A stretch of DNA of 63,435 bases, the filler included. It is 5 parts of 5 records of this genome, joined end to end, with 100 filler letters (N's around TTAATTAATTAA, not from the genome) between each part and the next. Parts side by side here need not be neighbours in the genome. Positions count along the whole stretch, not along the records: positions 40,187 to 59,297 come from SRR20825010_2438; positions 59,398 to 63,435 come from SRR20825010_2458; 3 more parts are not named here. The stretch is one strand, 5' to 3'. Under the pieces are notes generated by a model that was not told the DNA's origin, did not search any database, and worked only from the letters and a program-made list of their open reading frames with translations. Of the stretch, positions 49,001 to 61,124 are shown piece by piece (position 1 is the first letter of the stretch; every line of letters starts with the position of its first letter). The position numbers were made by a program, and so were the translations under genes.

Positions 49001-50821
49001 AAAGGCGATTCACTGCGTTCACGCATCAAGCAGGTGGCCTCTGGTCGTTTCGGTGTAACAGCTGAATACCTGACCTCCGCTGATCAAATCCAGATCAAGA
49101 TGGCGCAAGGTGCCAAGCCCGGTGAGGGCGGCCAGTTGCCTGGCGGCAAGGTGTCTGATTACATCGGCAAACTGCGTTATTCCGTACCGGGCGTGGGTTT
49201 GATTTCCCCACCCCCGCACCACGACATTTATTCCATTGAAGATTTGGCCCAGTTGATCCACGACCTGAAAAACGTGAACGCACAGGCTTCCATTTCGGTG
49301 AAACTGGTGTCTGAAGTGGGTGTGGGTACCATTGCGGCTGGCGTTTCCAAAGCCAAAGCAGACCATTTGGTAATTGCTGGTCAAGACGGCGGTACAGGCG
49401 CATCGCCAGTTTCTTCGATCAAGCACGCAGGTACAAACTGGGAACTGGGATTGGCTGAAACACAGCAAACCCTGGTGTTGAACGGCTTGCGTGGTCGCAT
49501 TCGCGTGCAGGTTGATGGCCAGATGAAAACTGGTCGCGACGTGGTGATTGGTGCCATGCTGGGCGCCGATGAATTCGGCTTTGCCACCGCACCGCTGGTG
49601 GTTGAGGGCTGCATCATGATGCGCAAGTGCCACTTGAACACCTGCCCCGTGGGTGTGGCCACACAAAACCCCGAGCTTCGCAAGAAGTTCACCGGCAAGC
49701 CAGAACACGTGGTGAACTACTTCTTCTTCGTGGCCAACGAAGTGCGCGAAATCATGGCGCAATTGGGCATTCGCAAGTTTGACCAGCTGATTGGTCGCGC
49801 GAATTTGCTCGACATGAAGAAAGGCATCACCCACTGGAAAGCAAGGGGATTGGACTTTAGTCGCCTGCTGTGGGTGCCGGAAGGTACTTCCGAGCCGCTG
49901 TTGCACACCGGCAGCCAAGACCATGGTCTGGAAAAGGCGCTCGACCAGAAACTGATTCAGCTGGCCAAACCTGCTTTGGAAAAAGGCGAGCGTGTTTCAT
50001 TCATCACACCCATCAAAAACGTGAACCGCACGGCCGGTGCCATGTTGTCTGGTGAAGTGGCCAAGAAGTACGGCCATGCTGGTTTGCCCGATGACACCAT
50101 TCACATTCAGTTCACCGGCACAGCTGGTCAATCCTTTGGTGCCTTCCTGGCCCATGGCGTAACAGCCGACCTGGTGGGTGAAGGCAACGACTACGTGGGC
50201 AAGGGCTTGAGTGGCGGTCGCATTATTGTGCGCCCCACCAACGACTTCCGCGGTTTGTCTGAAGAAAACATGATTGTGGGCAATACGGTGTTGTACGGTG
50301 CCATTGCAGGTGAAGCATTCCTGAGTGGTGTGGCAGGCGAACGTTTCGCCGTGCGCAATTCGGGCGCAGCAGCCGTGATCGAAGGCACCGGTGACCACGG
50401 TTGTGAATACATGACTGGCGGTACTGTGGTTGTGCTGGGTGAAACCGGGCGCAACTTTGCCGCCGGTATGAGCGGTGGCATGGCCTATGTGTACGACATT
50501 GATGGCCTGTTCGCCAAGCGTTGCAACATGGCGCAAGTGGAGCTGGAAGAAGTGGTGTCCGCGACTGAACAGGAAGCCTTGAGCAACCGCGAAATCTGGC
50601 ACAGCCCGGCACGTGGTGCAGACCGTCAGCCTGACGAGGTGATTTTGAAAGGCCTGATCGAGCGCCATGCCCGTTACACCGGCAGCGAACGCGCCAAGGA
50701 AATTCTGGAGAACTGGAGCATCGAGCGCAAGAAGTTCGTGAAAGTATTCCCGACCGAATACCGTCGCGCCTTGAAAGAACTGTATGTGGTAGCGCAGGAA
50801 AAACCTGCAGTGGCTGCTTGA
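46097..50821 (+). CDS. gltB: Glutamate synthase large subunit
   Basis: [49 protein letters not shown]. Confidence 0.98.
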   Translation: MQQDIRKIAEEKGMYSASNEHDACGVGFVAHIKGKRTHDIIAGGLKILENLDHRGAVGADPLMGDGAGILIQIPDAFFRQEMAKQNVTLPPAGEYGVGMLFLPKETASRIACEQEIERAVKAEGQVLLGWRDVPINADMPMSPTVRLKEPVIRQVFVGRGRDIMVTDALERKLYVIRKRAVHAIKNLNLAHGTEYFSPSMSARTIVYKGLLLANQVGEYYLDLKDPRCVSALALVHQRFSTNTFPEWPLAHPYRMLAHNGEINTVKGNFNWMRAREGVMKSAVLGDDLQKLYPLIFEGQSDTACFDNCLELLVMAGYTIAQAMMMMVPEAWEQHTLMDDNRRAFYEYHAAMMEPWDGPAAMAFTDGKQIGATLDRNGLRPARYIVTEDDLVVMASESGTLPIPESKIVKKWRLQPGKMFLIDMEAGRIIDDDELKNQLSAAKPYKQWIDTIRVKLDEVEGQPEPIEPNETLLDRQQAFGYTQEDLKFLMAPMLQNGEEATGSMGNDSPLAVMSNKLKPLYNYFKQLFAQVTNPPIDPIRENLVMSLNSFIGPKPNLLDLNNINPPMRLEVSQPVLTSKDMAKIRNIEQFTGGKFTSHELNICYPVAWGKEGIEARIASLCAEARDAVKQGVNVLIVTDRMMSRDNVAIPALLAVSAIHQHLVKVGLRTSTGLVVETGSAREVHHFALLAGYGAEAVHPYLAMETIADMARGLPGDLSPEKAVYNYIKAVGKGLMKVMSKMGISTYMSYTGAQIFEAVGLNQAFIDAYFAGTPTKVEGIGVFEVAEEAIRIHQAAFSPDPVLAGALDAGGEYAWRTRGEEHMWTPDAIAKLQHATRSGTYNTYKEYAQIINDQSKRHMTLRGLFEFKIDPSKAIPIEEVEPVEEIVKRFATGAMSLGSISTEAHSTLAVAMNRIGGKSNTGEGGEDEKRYSAELRAGLEKFGPGQGLIQDGETLKSFLGDVVVADFPLKKGDSLRSRIKQVASGRFGVTAEYLTSADQIQIKMAQGAKPGEGGQLPGGKVSDYIGKLRYSVPGVGLISPPPHHDIYSIEDLAQLIHDLKNVNAQASISVKLVSEVGVGTIAAGVSKAKADHLVIAGQDGGTGASPVSSIKHAGTNWELGLAETQQTLVLNGLRGRIRVQVDGQMKTGRDVVIGAMLGADEFGFATAPLVVEGCIMMRKCHLNTCPVGVATQNPELRKKFTGKPEHVVNYFFFVANEVREIMAQLGIRKFDQLIGRANLLDMKKGITHWKARGLDFSRLLWVPEGTSEPLLHTGSQDHGLEKALDQKLIQLAKPALEKGERVSFITPIKNVNRTAGAMLSGEVAKKYGHAGLPDDTIHIQFTGTAGQSFGAFLAHGVTADLVGEGNDYVGKGLSGGRIIVRPTNDFRGLSEENMIVGNTVLYGAIAGEAFLSGVAGERFAVRNSGAAAVIEGTGDHGCEYMTGGTVVVLGETGRNFAAGMSGGMAYVYDIDGLFAKRCNMAQVELEEVVSATEQEALSNREIWHSPARGADRQPDEVILKGLIERHARYTGSERAKEILENWSIERKKFVKVFPTEYRRALKELYVVAQEKPAVAA

Positions 50822-50851
50822 GAACCAACCTGTTAACGAGGATTTAGAAAA

Positions 50852-52339
50852 ATGGGAAAGGTCACAGGATTTATGGAATTTGAACGTTTGAAGGAAGCCA
50901 GCGAGGCTCCTGAGAAACGCGTCAAACACTACAAAGAATTTGTTATTACGCTGAACGACGACGAAGCCAAAATTCAGGGTGCGCGTTGTATGGATTGCGG
51001 CATTCCGTTTTGCAACAACGGCTGCCCGGTCAACAACATCATCCCTGACTTCAATGATCTTGTTTACAAGCAAGATTGGAAAGCAGCGTTGCACACCCTG
51101 CACAGCACCAACAACTTCCCCGAGTTCACGGGTCGTATTTGCCCCGCACCTTGCGAAGCAGCGTGCACATTGGGCATTAACGAAGACCCGGTTGGCATCA
51201 AGAGCATTGAGCACGCGATCATCGACAAGGGCTGGGAAAACAACTGGGTAGTGCCACAGGCGCCTGCACAGAAAACCGGCAAGAAAGTTGCGGTGGTGGG
51301 TTCAGGCCCGGCAGGCATGGCAGCCGCCCAGCAGTTGGCACGTGTTGGTCACGATGTCACCGTGTTCGAGAAGAACGACCGCATTGGTGGTTTGCTGCGC
51401 TATGGTATTCCCGACTTCAAGATGGAAAAATTCCACATTGATCGCCGTGTTGAGCAAATGCAGGCTGAAGGCGTGACCTTCAAAACCAGCGTGTTTGTGG
51501 GCGAGAAACTGGCAGAGGGCGGGATTACCAACCTGGCCCGCGAAACCATTACACCGAAAGAATTGATGGCGCAATTTGACGCTGTTATTTTGACGGGTGG
51601 TTCAGAAGTGCCACGCGACTTGCCAATTCCCGGTCGCCAGTTAAAAGGTGTTCACTTTGCAATGGAATTCTTGCCACTGCAAAACCGTGTGAATGCGGGC
51701 GACAAGTTGAAAGACCAGATCATGGCAACAAAGAAAAGCGTGCTAGTGATTGGTGGTGGCGATACGGGTTCCGACTGCGTGGGTACATCCAACCGCCACG
51801 GTGCGAAGCAGGTTACGCAAATTGAATTGATGCCCCAGCCACCCGAAGAAGAAAACAAGCCTTTGGTGTGGCCTTATTGGCCCATGAAAATGCGCACCTC
51901 TTCTTCTCATGAAGAAGGTGTGGAACGCGATTGGGCTGTCACCACCAAAGAATTCATCGACGATGGCAAAGGCAATGTGAAAGCAGCCAAATGTGCCAAA
52001 GTTGAGTGGGTGAAAGACGAAGCCACCGGCCAGATGAAGATGCAGGAAATTGCAGGTTCGGAATTCATGGTTGAAGCGGATTTGGTGTTGTTTGCCATGG
52101 GCTTTACAAACCCTGCGAAAAGCATTCTTGATGCATTTGGTGTTGACAAAGACAACCGTGGCAATGCCAAAGCCACCACCGATGGCGAAGGCTGCTACCG
52201 CACCAACGTGGACAAGGTGTACGCTGCTGGCGACATGCGCCGTGGCCAGTCACTGGTGGTATGGGCCATTCGCGAAGGCCGCCAGGCTGCACGTGAAGTG
52301 GACGAGTTCCTGATGGGCTCGACTGTACTGCCGCGTTGA
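50852..52339 (+). CDS. gltD: Glutamate synthase small subunit
   Basis: [45 protein letters not shown]. Confidence 0.98.
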   Translation: MGKVTGFMEFERLKEASEAPEKRVKHYKEFVITLNDDEAKIQGARCMDCGIPFCNNGCPVNNIIPDFNDLVYKQDWKAALHTLHSTNNFPEFTGRICPAPCEAACTLGINEDPVGIKSIEHAIIDKGWENNWVVPQAPAQKTGKKVAVVGSGPAGMAAAQQLARVGHDVTVFEKNDRIGGLLRYGIPDFKMEKFHIDRRVEQMQAEGVTFKTSVFVGEKLAEGGITNLARETITPKELMAQFDAVILTGGSEVPRDLPIPGRQLKGVHFAMEFLPLQNRVNAGDKLKDQIMATKKSVLVIGGGDTGSDCVGTSNRHGAKQVTQIELMPQPPEEENKPLVWPYWPMKMRTSSSHEEGVERDWAVTTKEFIDDGKGNVKAAKCAKVEWVKDEATGQMKMQEIAGSEFMVEADLVLFAMGFTNPAKSILDAFGVDKDNRGNAKATTDGEGCYRTNVDKVYAAGDMRRGQSLVVWAIREGRQAAREVDEFLMGSTVLPR

Positions 52340-52369
52340 TTCGCAGCACGCAGCATCATTGCGCCTTGA

Positions 52370-53221
52370 TCAAGTCGAGTTTCCCGCTGTTGAATTGTCA
52401 GCAGTGGGCTCGGCTTTCTTTCTTTTAAATTCAAGGTATTCGTTCAAAACCTGTTCTTGACTCAACGGCCCCCATATTGGTCGGTGATGATAGGGATAGT
52501 CCTTGTGTCTCAGGTTCAAAAGCGTTTTCAGCGAACGCAGGTGGTTGAGCAGTGTTGGCGCATTTTCAAGGGCATCAAGGTCGTCTTGATCCGCAAAGTT
52601 GACCTGCGCCTCCAGGTGCATTTTCAGAACCCGAATTTTTGTGAAGCCACTTTTTTCAGCAAGCATCAACAGTCTGCCACCGAAATCGCTCAAGGCAATT
52701 TGTACGTCTTTTGCACACCGGGTTTTGTCATCGTTGACATGGCCACAATCATGAAAATTCGTCAGGTGACCTTTGGTCGATCGAAGGCCTGCCCCCGAGT
52801 GATTGACATGCTGAAAAATGAAGTTATCAATTTTTGGGTTGCCGTGAAACACGTTGTTGGCGTGTATTTCAGTCAACGCCGAAAAGCACGAAATCATTGC
52901 CTCCAGGCATTCATTCACATGGCGCCATGTGGGTAAAATCTGGCACGGAATGCTCTCAAATTCAGCGTGAATAACATGCTCACCACTTTTTTCGAAACGT
53001 TTGTAGCTCAATAGTTTCTGAACTGATGCACCAGCATCAGTAAGTTGTTTATGTATTTGTAATTTACTTCCAAGATCAGTAGCTGATTCTGCGGCATCGT
53101 TTTTAAAGCGCCATTCGACCGTTGTAGGGGATAAAGCCCTGCTGGTTGATTCGTCATGGTTGGATGTATTTTGACCGACTGGGCAACTGCCGATTGGTTT
53201 TCGAGTGGGTGAAACTGTCAT
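52370..53221 (-). CDS. Hypothetical kinase-like protein (probable pseudokinase)
   Basis: [18 protein letters not shown] and LTNFH resemble the HxDxKxxN and DFG motifs; probable ATG at 53221 (MTVSPT). Confidence 0.55.
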   Translation of the reverse strand: MTVSPTRKPIGSCPVGQNTSNHDESTSRALSPTTVEWRFKNDAAESATDLGSKLQIHKQLTDAGASVQKLLSYKRFEKSGEHVIHAEFESIPCQILPTWRHVNECLEAMISCFSALTEIHANNVFHGNPKIDNFIFQHVNHSGAGLRSTKGHLTNFHDCGHVNDDKTRCAKDVQIALSDFGGRLLMLAEKSGFTKIRVLKMHLEAQVNFADQDDLDALENAPTLLNHLRSLKTLLNLRHKDYPYHHRPIWGPLSQEQVLNEYLEFKRKKAEPTADNSTAGNST

Positions 53222-53309
53222 AGATTGATGTACTAAAACGACGAGATCAGATGCACTTGCCCATGCGGCGGTGAACTGCGATGGGCAAGTTTTGTATTGA
53301 CGTATATTT

Positions 53310-54203
53310 TTAAGTGCTTGATGGTGTAACTGGCAATTCTGCGGGTGCGTTACTTGGACACATCGTGACATGCGGGAATGGAATCTCGATGCCCACTTTG
53401 TCGAAGGCTGCCTTGATGCGCTTGTTGTACTCGCGGCGTACGCCCCACTGCTCACCTGGCAAAGTTTTGAATCGCAGGCGAACAATCACCGCCGAATCAG
53501 CAAGTTCTTGTACGCCGAATGTCGACATCGGATCGGTAATTTTTGAACCCCAGTCGGCATCCTCTGCCAACTCGGTTCCCACTTTCTGCATCACCTGAAT
53601 GGCCGCATCCACGTCTTCCTTGTAGGCAATACCCACGTCAACAACGGCATAGGCAAAATCCATGGTGGAGTTGGTAACCGAATCAATTTGACCATTTGGA
53701 ACGAAGTGCACATTGCCGTGCGCATCGCGTAAACGCACATAACGCAGGGTGACGTTTTCCACTGTGCCCGATTTGCCGCCAACTTCGATAAAGTCGCCTG
53801 CCCGAATCTGGTTTTCAAGCAATAATACGATGCCAGTGAAGTAATCTTTCACCAGGCTTTGCGCGCCAAAACCAACCGCCAAGCCGACTACGCCTGCAGC
53901 GGCCAGCACCGGGGCGATTGAAATGCCGATGGTGCCCAGCGCAATCAATGCGCCCAGTAGCAAGATGACCACATTGGCCACGTACTTCAACACGCGCATC
54001 AGGGTTTCAACCCGTTTTTGATCGTCCAGTGTGGAGCTACGGCTTTGCATGCGTTTGCCCACGCGGTCTATTGCTGTTTTCACCAATCGCAGCACAACAA
54101 GCGCCACAATGATGACCAGAACAAACTTTGCGGCCTGCAAACCAAGTTCCAGCAGTTTGGCTGGTTCGATGTACTTGAATAGGGTTTCGAGTTGTTCGTT
54201 CAT
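53310..54203 (-). CDS. MscS-family mechanosensitive channel
   Basis: GVVGLAVGFGAQSLVKDYFTG, GDFIEV, VPNG, GIEIPFP. Confidence 0.92.
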   Translation of the reverse strand: MNEQLETLFKYIEPAKLLELGLQAAKFVLVIIVALVVLRLVKTAIDRVGKRMQSRSSTLDDQKRVETLMRVLKYVANVVILLLGALIALGTIGISIAPVLAAAGVVGLAVGFGAQSLVKDYFTGIVLLLENQIRAGDFIEVGGKSGTVENVTLRYVRLRDAHGNVHFVPNGQIDSVTNSTMDFAYAVVDVGIAYKEDVDAAIQVMQKVGTELAEDADWGSKITDPMSTFGVQELADSAVIVRLRFKTLPGEQWGVRREYNKRIKAAFDKVGIEIPFPHVTMCPSNAPAELPVTPSST

Positions 54204-54282
54204 GGTGCTCCCACTGCTTTAAAGAGCTACCTATTGTACATGACTCAAAGTACACCACTATTTCAGCCCCGATCCGTGTCTG

Positions 54283-57168
54283 TCAGGTAGAGCTACTCAC
54301 CCTTTGCGCCTTGTCAGCTTCATCGTTGTAAAACCGCGCAAGAAACTTTCCGGTGTGGCTGTTCTCGTTTTTTGCAATGTCCATCGGTGTGCCTTCGGCA
54401 ATCAGCATGCCGCCGTTGTCGCCGCCTTCGGGGCCCATGTCCAGAACCCAATCGGCACACTTGATCACATCCAGATTGTGCTCGATCACCAACACGGTGT
54501 TGCCTTGCTCAACCAGTGGGTTCAGCACTTTGAGCAACATGGCAATGTCGTGAAAGTGCAGGCCGGTGGTGGGTTCGTCCAGAATGTAAAGTGTTTTGCC
54601 CGTGTCGCGTTTTGACAGTTCAAGCGACAACTTCACACGTTGTGCTTCACCGCCAGAAAGTGTGGTGGCCGATTGCCCCAAGCGAATGTAACCCAGGCCC
54701 ACATCAATCAGGGTTTGCAGTTTTCGCGCAATATTGGGCACCGCTGAAAATACTTCCAGCGCCTGTTCAACGGTCAATTCCAGCACCTCGGCAATGCTTT
54801 TTCCACGGTACAGAATTTCAAGTGTTTCGCGGTTGTAGCGTTTGCCGTGGCACACGTCGCAAGGCACATACAGGTCGGGTAAAAAGTGCATTTCCACTTT
54901 CACCACGCCATCGCCCTGGCACGCTTCACAGCGGCCACCTTTCACGTTGAATGAAAAGCGGCCCACATCGTAACCGCGCTCTCGCGAGGCCGGAACACCT
55001 GCAAACAATTCGCGAATGGGGGTGAACAAACCCGTGTACGTGGCAGGGTTGCTGCGTGGTGTGCGGCCAATCGGGCTTTGGTCTACTGCAATCACTTTGT
55101 CAAAGTGTTCAAGCCCGCTGATGTGGCTGTGCGGCGCGCCTTCCTTGTGCGCACGGTTCAACTGGTGCGCGGCTTCGGCCAACAAGGTGTCGTTGATCAG
55201 TGTTGATTTGCCTGAGCCGGAAACACCCGTGACACACACGAACAGACCCACCGGAATACTGGCGCTGACGTCTTTCAAATTGTTGCCGGTGGCATTGTGA
55301 ATGGTCAGCATGCGCGTCGGGTCAGGTTTGCGCATGGGGCTTAGGCGTTCAATTTTTCGCTTGCCATTCAGGTACTGGCCAGTCAGCGATTCCGGGCTGG
55401 CCAGAATTTCGGCAGGTGTGCCTTGCGCCACAATTTGCCCGCCGTGTTCACCTGCGCCAGGGCCCATGTCTACCACGTAATCTGCGCAGCGAATGGCGTC
55501 TTCATCGTGTTCCACCACCAACACGGTGTTGCCCAAATTTTTCAGGCGCAACAGGGTTTGTATCAATCTGTCGTTGTCGCGCTGGTGCAGGCCGATCGAA
55601 GGCTCATCCAGCACGTACATCACACCCGTCAGGCCGGAACCAATTTGGCTGGCCAGGCGAATGCGCTGGCTTTCGCCGCCACTCAGGGTGTCGGCACTTC
55701 GGTTCAGCGTTAAATAGTTCAAACCCACATCGTTCAAAAACTGCAAGCGCGCCTTGATTTCCACTACAATTTTGTCGGCGATCTGGCCTTTCGCACCATG
55801 CATCTGCATGGCCTCGAAATAGTTCAGCGCTTTGTGAATGGGCAGCTCTGTAACTTGGTGCAAGGCCTTGCGGTGTTCCTGTTCACCAATAAATACGTGG
55901 CGTGCGCCGGTTTTCAGGCGCGAACCCTGGCAGGCCTGGCAACTGCGCACTGCCATCAGTTTGCCAAGTTCGTCGCGCACAGCACTTGAATCGGTGTCGC
56001 GGTGGCGGCGTGTCAGGTTGGGCAATATGCCTTCAAAGGCGTGGGTTTTGGCCACGGGTTTGCTGCGTTCGCTTAAATAAGTAAATGTAATTTGTTCGCT
56101 GCCCGAACCGTATAGCACCACCTGTTGCACATCTTCCGGCAATTCATTCCAGGTTGATTCCGGGTCGAAGCCATAATGCCCAGCCAGGCTTTGAATCATT
56201 TGGTAGTAAAGGGCGTTGCGGCGGTCCCAACCGCTGATTGCACCTGCTGCCAGCGAAATATCGGGGTGGGCCACCACGCGCAGCGGGTCGAAAAAAGTTT
56301 CGTGCCCCAGGCCATCGCACACCGGGCAGGCACCCGCCGGGTTGTTGAAGGAAAACAAACGAGGCTCAAGTTCAGTCAGGCTGTAATCGCACACCGGGCA
56401 GGCAAACTTGCTGGAGAACACGGTTTCGGTTTCTGTGTCCAAATTCACGGCAATTGCTTTGCCATCGCTTAAGCGCAATGCAGTCTCGAAACTTTCAGCC
56501 AAGCGTTGGCGGGCGTCCACGCGCACTTTCAAGCGATCGACCACCACATCCAGGTTGTGTTTGTGGTGTTTGTCCAGGGGGGGCAGGCGGTCCAGTTCCA
56601 GAATTTCCGGTGCATCCTGCGGGCCTTTTTTCAGGCGAATGCGCACAAAGCCCTGCGCGCGCAGGTCGTTGAGCAAGTCGACGTGCTCGCCTTTGCGCTG
56701 GTTCAGCACCGGCGCAAGAATCATGATGCGCGCTTCTTCTGGCCAGCCCAATACCGTGTCCACCATTTCCGAGACCGTTTGCACGCTCAGTTCCATGTCA
56801 TGTTCAGGACAGCGGGGGGTGCCAGCGCGGGCAAACAGCAGGCGAAGGTAATCGTGAATTTCAGTCACAGTGCCCACGGTAGAGCGCGGGTTGTGGCTGG
56901 TGGCCTTTTGCTCAATGGAAATGGCCGGGGACAGCCCCTCGATCAAATCGACATCGGGCTTTTCCATCAATTGCAAAAATTGGCGGGCATAGGCCGACAA
57001 ACTTTCAACATAGCGGCGCTGGCCCTCGGCATACAGGGTGTCGAAAGCCAGGCTGGATTTGCCCGAGCCGGATAGCCCGGTGAGCACCACGAGGGAATCG
57101 CGGGGCAGGTCGAGCGAAATGTTTTTCAGGTTGTGGGTTCTAGCGCCACGAATGCGAATGGAGTTCAT
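54283..57168 (-). CDS. uvrA: Excinuclease ABC subunit A
   Basis: GARTHNLK, two ABC cassettes ([23 protein letters not shown]), zinc fingers. Confidence 0.98.
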   Translation of the reverse strand: MNSIRIRGARTHNLKNISLDLPRDSLVVLTGLSGSGKSSLAFDTLYAEGQRRYVESLSAYARQFLQLMEKPDVDLIEGLSPAISIEQKATSHNPRSTVGTVTEIHDYLRLLFARAGTPRCPEHDMELSVQTVSEMVDTVLGWPEEARIMILAPVLNQRKGEHVDLLNDLRAQGFVRIRLKKGPQDAPEILELDRLPPLDKHHKHNLDVVVDRLKVRVDARQRLAESFETALRLSDGKAIAVNLDTETETVFSSKFACPVCDYSLTELEPRLFSFNNPAGACPVCDGLGHETFFDPLRVVAHPDISLAAGAISGWDRRNALYYQMIQSLAGHYGFDPESTWNELPEDVQQVVLYGSGSEQITFTYLSERSKPVAKTHAFEGILPNLTRRHRDTDSSAVRDELGKLMAVRSCQACQGSRLKTGARHVFIGEQEHRKALHQVTELPIHKALNYFEAMQMHGAKGQIADKIVVEIKARLQFLNDVGLNYLTLNRSADTLSGGESQRIRLASQIGSGLTGVMYVLDEPSIGLHQRDNDRLIQTLLRLKNLGNTVLVVEHDEDAIRCADYVVDMGPGAGEHGGQIVAQGTPAEILASPESLTGQYLNGKRKIERLSPMRKPDPTRMLTIHNATGNNLKDVSASIPVGLFVCVTGVSGSGKSTLINDTLLAEAAHQLNRAHKEGAPHSHISGLEHFDKVIAVDQSPIGRTPRSNPATYTGLFTPIRELFAGVPASRERGYDVGRFSFNVKGGRCEACQGDGVVKVEMHFLPDLYVPCDVCHGKRYNRETLEILYRGKSIAEVLELTVEQALEVFSAVPNIARKLQTLIDVGLGYIRLGQSATTLSGGEAQRVKLSLELSKRDTGKTLYILDEPTTGLHFHDIAMLLKVLNPLVEQGNTVLVIEHNLDVIKCADWVLDMGPEGGDNGGMLIAEGTPMDIAKNENSHTGKFLARFYNDEADKAQRVSSST

Positions 57169-57270
57169 GCGGTACGGCAAATGGAATCAGCGGCCAACCT
57201 GATACTATAGACGGTTTCCTGGACCAACACATCTACACGGGTTGTTCGAGCCCTTGAATTTCCACACCAA

Positions 57271-58548
57271 ATGAACCGTAACACCGTGAGCCGTAACACT
57301 GCCCCCGATGCTTTCAAAATGTTGCCCGCCGAGCGCAAAGCCGCCGGGTGGCTGGCCAGCATCTATGCATTGCGCATGTTTGGCATGTTCATGATCTTGC
57401 CGGTATTTTCCCTGCACGCAGCGGGCATGCCCGGTGGCGACAATTTAAGCCTGGTGGGTCTGGCCATGGGCATTTACGGCCTGGCGCAGGCCTGCATGCA
57501 AATTCCGCTGGGTTGGGCTTCCGACAAAATTGGCAGAAAGCCCGTCATCATCGGCGGCTTGTTGTTGTTTGCAGCGGGTTGCTGGCTGGGCTATGTGGCT
57601 GAAACGGTCGAGCAACTGGTGTGGGCACGTGCCTTGCAGGGGGCGGGCGCCATTTCAGCGGCTTTGTCGGCCTTGCTGGCCGATGTAACCCGTGATGAGG
57701 TGCGCTCCAAGGGCATGGCCATGATTGGCGCGTCCATCGGGATTACTTTTGCCCTGTCGCTGGTGTTTGCGCCAGTTCTGTACAAGTTTTTCGGGCTCAG
57801 TGGTTTGTTTGGCATCACCGGTGTGCTCAGTATTCTGGGCATTGGGGTGGTTATTTGGTTGTTGCCCACCCCGAATTTGGCGGATCAGGAGGCCAAACTA
57901 AAGGGCAGTTTTACCGATGGCTGGGCGGTGCTGACGCAGCCGGACCTGCTGCGCCTGAATTTGGGTATTTTTACCCTGCATTTAACGCAGATGTCCTTGT
58001 TTGTGGTGGTGCCCAGCCTGCTGCTTGTTGGCCTGGAATTGCCGCTGGAAGAACATTGGAAGGTGTACCTGCCCGTGGTGCTGGGTTCGTTCCTGCTGAT
58101 GGTGCCGCTGATGGTGTGGGCTGAGAAGAAAGCAAAAACAAAGTTGGTGAAGTTGGGCGCAATTGGCCTGATGGGCGTGGTACTTTTGGGCTTCGTGCTG
58201 TACGCAGAACAAGGCTGGGCCGTGGTGCTGCTGCTGTTGGCGTACTTCGTGGGCTTTAATTTGCTCGAGGCTACCCTTCCCTCGTGGGTATCACGAGTGG
58301 CACCCCTCAGTCACCGGGGTTTGGCTTTGGGTGTATATAATACTTCTCAAGCGTTGGGGCTTTTTGCCGGTGGCGCGCTGGGTGGCTTGGCATTTCGCCA
58401 TTTGGGCGCACAAGGCGTGTTTGAAGGCGTGCTGTTGCTGGTGGTGTTGTGGTTTTTGTTGGCTTTGGGCATTAAAGCCTTGCCCCCGCGAGCATCAACT
58501 GCGGTTGCAGCACAGGCACCCGTCGATGGCTCAATAAGTCACACTTAG
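57271..58548 (+). CDS. MFS transporter (YajR-like)
   Basis: LRMFGMFMILPV, SDKIGRKP, RALQGAGAIS; uvrA-MFS-ssb synteny. Confidence 0.9.
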   Translation: MNRNTVSRNTAPDAFKMLPAERKAAGWLASIYALRMFGMFMILPVFSLHAAGMPGGDNLSLVGLAMGIYGLAQACMQIPLGWASDKIGRKPVIIGGLLLFAAGCWLGYVAETVEQLVWARALQGAGAISAALSALLADVTRDEVRSKGMAMIGASIGITFALSLVFAPVLYKFFGLSGLFGITGVLSILGIGVVIWLLPTPNLADQEAKLKGSFTDGWAVLTQPDLLRLNLGIFTLHLTQMSLFVVVPSLLLVGLELPLEEHWKVYLPVVLGSFLLMVPLMVWAEKKAKTKLVKLGAIGLMGVVLLGFVLYAEQGWAVVLLLLAYFVGFNLLEATLPSWVSRVAPLSHRGLALGVYNTSQALGLFAGGALGGLAFRHLGAQGVFEGVLLLVVLWFLLALGIKALPPRASTAVAAQAPVDGSISHT

Positions 58549-58608
58549 CCTGCCCCACTTAAACGCATTTCAATACTCATTTCAAGAATTTAAGGAGCAT
58601 TTCATTCC

Positions 58609-59124
58609 ATGGCCTCAGTAAACAAGGTAATTCTGGTTGGTAATTTGGGCAAAGATCCCGATGTGCGCTATTTGCCCGATGGTGGCGCTGTGGTGAACCT
58701 GGCCCTGGCCACGTCCAGCAACTGGAAAGACAAAAATACAGGTGAAAAGCGCGAAGAAACCGAATGGCACCGTGTGGTCATTTACGGTCGCCTGGCTGAA
58801 ATTGCAGGTGAATACTGCAAGAAAGGCCGCTCTGTGTACATTGAAGGGCGCCTGAAAACCCGCAAGTGGCAAGACCAGTCGGGTGTGGACAAATACACCA
58901 CTGAAATTATTGCGGATCAAATGCAACTGCTGGGTGGTCGTGAAGGCGGCGGCGGTGGTGGTTCGTCCATGGGTGGCGGTGATGATTTTGATCAGTCACC
59001 TGCACCAAGCCGCAGTTCAGGTGGCAGTTCAGGCGGTGGTAGCAGCATGCGTTCGTCTGCACCCGCACCACAGCGCTCAGCCCCGCAAAGTGTGGCTGAT
59101 CTGGATGACGATATTCCGTTTTGA
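58609..59124 (+). CDS. ssb: Single-stranded DNA-binding protein
   Basis: [20 protein letters not shown], Gly-rich linker, DDDIPF tail. Confidence 0.98.
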   Translation: MASVNKVILVGNLGKDPDVRYLPDGGAVVNLALATSSNWKDKNTGEKREETEWHRVVIYGRLAEIAGEYCKKGRSVYIEGRLKTRKWQDQSGVDKYTTEIIADQMQLLGGREGGGGGGSSMGGGDDFDQSPAPSRSSGGSSGGGSSMRSSAPAPQRSAPQSVADLDDDIPF

Positions 59125-59142
59125 TTTTTTCAGATCTTCAAT

Positions 59143-59179
59143 AAGAAAGCCTGTGGCTGTTGCAGTTGCAGGCTTTTTT
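59143..59179 (+). terminator. Intrinsic terminator after ssb
   Basis: AAAGCCTGTGGCTG...CAGTTGCAGGCTTTTTT. Confidence 0.75.
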
Positions 59180-59297
59180 ATTTTTCAGCCTTGTTCTGTG
59201 TGCCAAGCCACATTATGCTGATTGCACCAACCATAGCAGCAGAGGTTTGTCATGAAGTACCGTTTTTCCCTGTTGGCTTGTTTTAGTGCTGTTTTAT

Positions 59298-59397
59298 NNN
59301 NNNNNNNNNNNNNNNNNNNNNNNNNNNNNNNNNNNNNNNNNTTAATTAATTAANNNNNNNNNNNNNNNNNNNNNNNNNNNNNNNNNNNNNNNNNNNN
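59298..59397. other. Artificial contig linker
   Basis: N-run with TTAATTAATTAA. Confidence 0.98.
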
Positions 59398-59398
59398 C

Positions 59399-59749
59399 AA
59401 GATCGGCACCTATCTGAAGGCGCTGGCCGCGCACGACAATGGTGTTCCGTTCCATGTCGCCCTGCCTGGCCCCACCATCGACTGGTCTGTCCGCGACGGC
59501 GTGCGGGAGATACCGATCGAGGAACGAAGCGGGGATGAGGTCGGGCGGATAACGGGGCGGCTGGATGACGGGTGCATTGGCACCGTGGATGTGTTGCCCC
59601 CCGGCGCACGGGCGGCAAATCCGGCTTTCGATGTCACGCCCGCGCGGCTGGTCACCGGTCTGATCACCGAACGTGGCCTCTGCCCTGCGTCGGAAGCGGG
59701 TTTGAGCGCGCTTTACCCTGAGCAGGCGAAGGATGTGGCCAATGGTTGA
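59399..59749 (+). CDS. mtnA: Methylthioribose-1-phosphate isomerase, C-terminal fragment
   Basis: KIGTYLKALAA.DNGVPF, IPIEERS..EV, NPAFDVTP..LVTGLITERG. Confidence 0.92.
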   Translation, partial: KIGTYLKALAAHDNGVPFHVALPGPTIDWSVRDGVREIPIEERSGDEVGRITGRLDDGCIGTVDVLPPGARAANPAFDVTPARLVTGLITERGLCPASEAGLSALYPEQAKDVANG

Positions 59750-60401
59750 TGGTCGCGCAGACCTGCTGGCGGCGGCGCAGGCGATGGCTGCGGTGCGCCT
59801 GTCGCCCGGCACTTCCGGCAACCTGAGTGTCCGGGCCGTGGCCACGGGTGATGAGCGTGACGGGTTCTGGATCACCCCGTCCGGCGTGCCCTATGACCAG
59901 CTGGAAGCCGACATGATGGTCTTCATGGACATGGCGGGGGACTGGTCCGGGCGGCTGAAGCCGTCAAGCGAGTGGCGCTTTCATCTGGACATCTATCAGG
60001 CGCGGCCCGATGCGCATGGCATCTGCCATACCCATTCGATCCACGCCACGGCGCTGGCCTGCAGCCGTCAGGGGATACCGGCGTTTCACTATATGGTCGC
60101 GGCGGCAGGTGGCGCGGATATCCGCTGTGCGCCCTATCGCACCTTTGGTACGCAGGACCTGTCGGATGTGGCCCTGGCCGCCATGGTCGACCGCCGCGCC
60201 TGCCTGCTGGCCAATCACGGTGTGATCGCGCTGGGTGCCAATGTGGCCAGGGCCCTGGCGCTGGCGCAGGAGGTGGAGGTGCTGGCACAGCAGTACATCC
60301 TGTCGCGCCAGATCGGCGACACCGTGATCCTGCCCGCCGATGAGATGGAAACCGTGCTGGAGAAATTCCGCACCTATGGCCAGCAGCCCGCGCGCGAATA
60401 G
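59742..60401 (+). CDS. Class II aldolase (FucA/Ald2-like)
   Basis: GTSGNLS, ITPSG, PSSEWRFH, HTHS, FHYMVA, LLANHG; overlaps the mtnA stop. Confidence 0.9.
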   Translation: MVDGRADLLAAAQAMAAVRLSPGTSGNLSVRAVATGDERDGFWITPSGVPYDQLEADMMVFMDMAGDWSGRLKPSSEWRFHLDIYQARPDAHGICHTHSIHATALACSRQGIPAFHYMVAAAGGADIRCAPYRTFGTQDLSDVALAAMVDRRACLLANHGVIALGANVARALALAQEVEVLAQQYILSRQIGDTVILPADEMETVLEKFRTYGQQPARE

Positions 60402-60467
60402 CGGCACCTGTGGCCAGCAGACCGCGCACGGCGGGACAGTGGGTTGCGCCATTGATGACGTGACATG

Positions 60468-61124
60468 TCAGCCCGTCGGATTGATGATGACCGTATCCGC
60501 CGCCTCACCACCGGACGCATCGATGCTGACGGCATTGCCGATCACCCGTGCGCGACCTTCGGCAACCAGTTTCACGGCCAGCGGATAGATCCGATGCTCG
60601 ACGCCCAGCACGCGCGCGCCCAGGCTGTCGGGGGTGTCGCCGGACAGGACCGGCACCGCGCCCTGCGCGATGATCGGCCCCTCATCCATTTCGGCACGGA
60701 CGTAGTGCACGGTGCAGCCGGTGAACTTCACGCCGTAGTCCAGCACCCGCTCGTGCGTGTTCAGGCCCTTGAACGCGGGCAGCAGCGACGGGTGGATATT
60801 GATGATCCGGTCACGCCAGTGATCGACGAAGCCCTTGGTCAGCAGACGCATGAACCCGGCAAGGCAGACCAGCCGCACCTGATGCGCATCCAGTGCCGCT
60901 GTCAGGGCCGTTTCGAATGCGGGTCGGCCATCATGGGCCTTGTGATCGACCACCGCGATGGGGATGCCCGCCTGCGTCGCCCGGTCGAGCCCCTGAACGT
61001 CCGCGATGTTGGAGATCACCACGGCAATCTCGGCAGGGAACGCCGGGTCGGCGGTGGCGTCGATCAGGGCCTGCAGGTTGCTGCCACGACCGGAAATCAG
61101 CACACCGAGTTTCAGTCGTGCCAA
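60468..61124 (-). CDS. purN: Phosphoribosylglycinamide formyltransferase
   Basis: [36 protein letters not shown]. Confidence 0.97.
   Translation of the reverse strand: MARLKLGVLISGRGSNLQALIDATADPAFPAEIAVVISNIADVQGLDRATQAGIPIAVVDHKAHDGRPAFETALTAALDAHQVRLVCLAGFMRLLTKGFVDHWRDRIINIHPSLLPAFKGLNTHERVLDYGVKFTGCTVHYVRAEMDEGPIIAQGAVPVLSGDTPDSLGARVLGVEHRIYPLAVKLVAEGRARVIGNAVSIDASGGEAADTVIINPTG

Noticed and set aside
53222-53485. N-terminal extension of the 371-aa ORF
   Set aside because: Overlaps the 3' end of mscS on the same strand; the ATG at 53221 is more plausible.
57199-57214. LexA box upstream of uvrA (CTGATACTATAGACGG)
   Set aside because: Ends in CGG rather than CAG and lacks CTGT; too degenerate to call despite a plausible position.
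59252-59297. Start of a secreted protein (MKYRFSLLACFSAVL)
   Set aside because: Only 15 codons before the gap; no product can be assigned.
11303-59397. Four TTAATTAATTAA motifs within N-runs, and any gene associations across them
   Set aside because: Identical 100-nt artificial spacers; composition and gene content change at each, so the neighbours are unrelated contigs.
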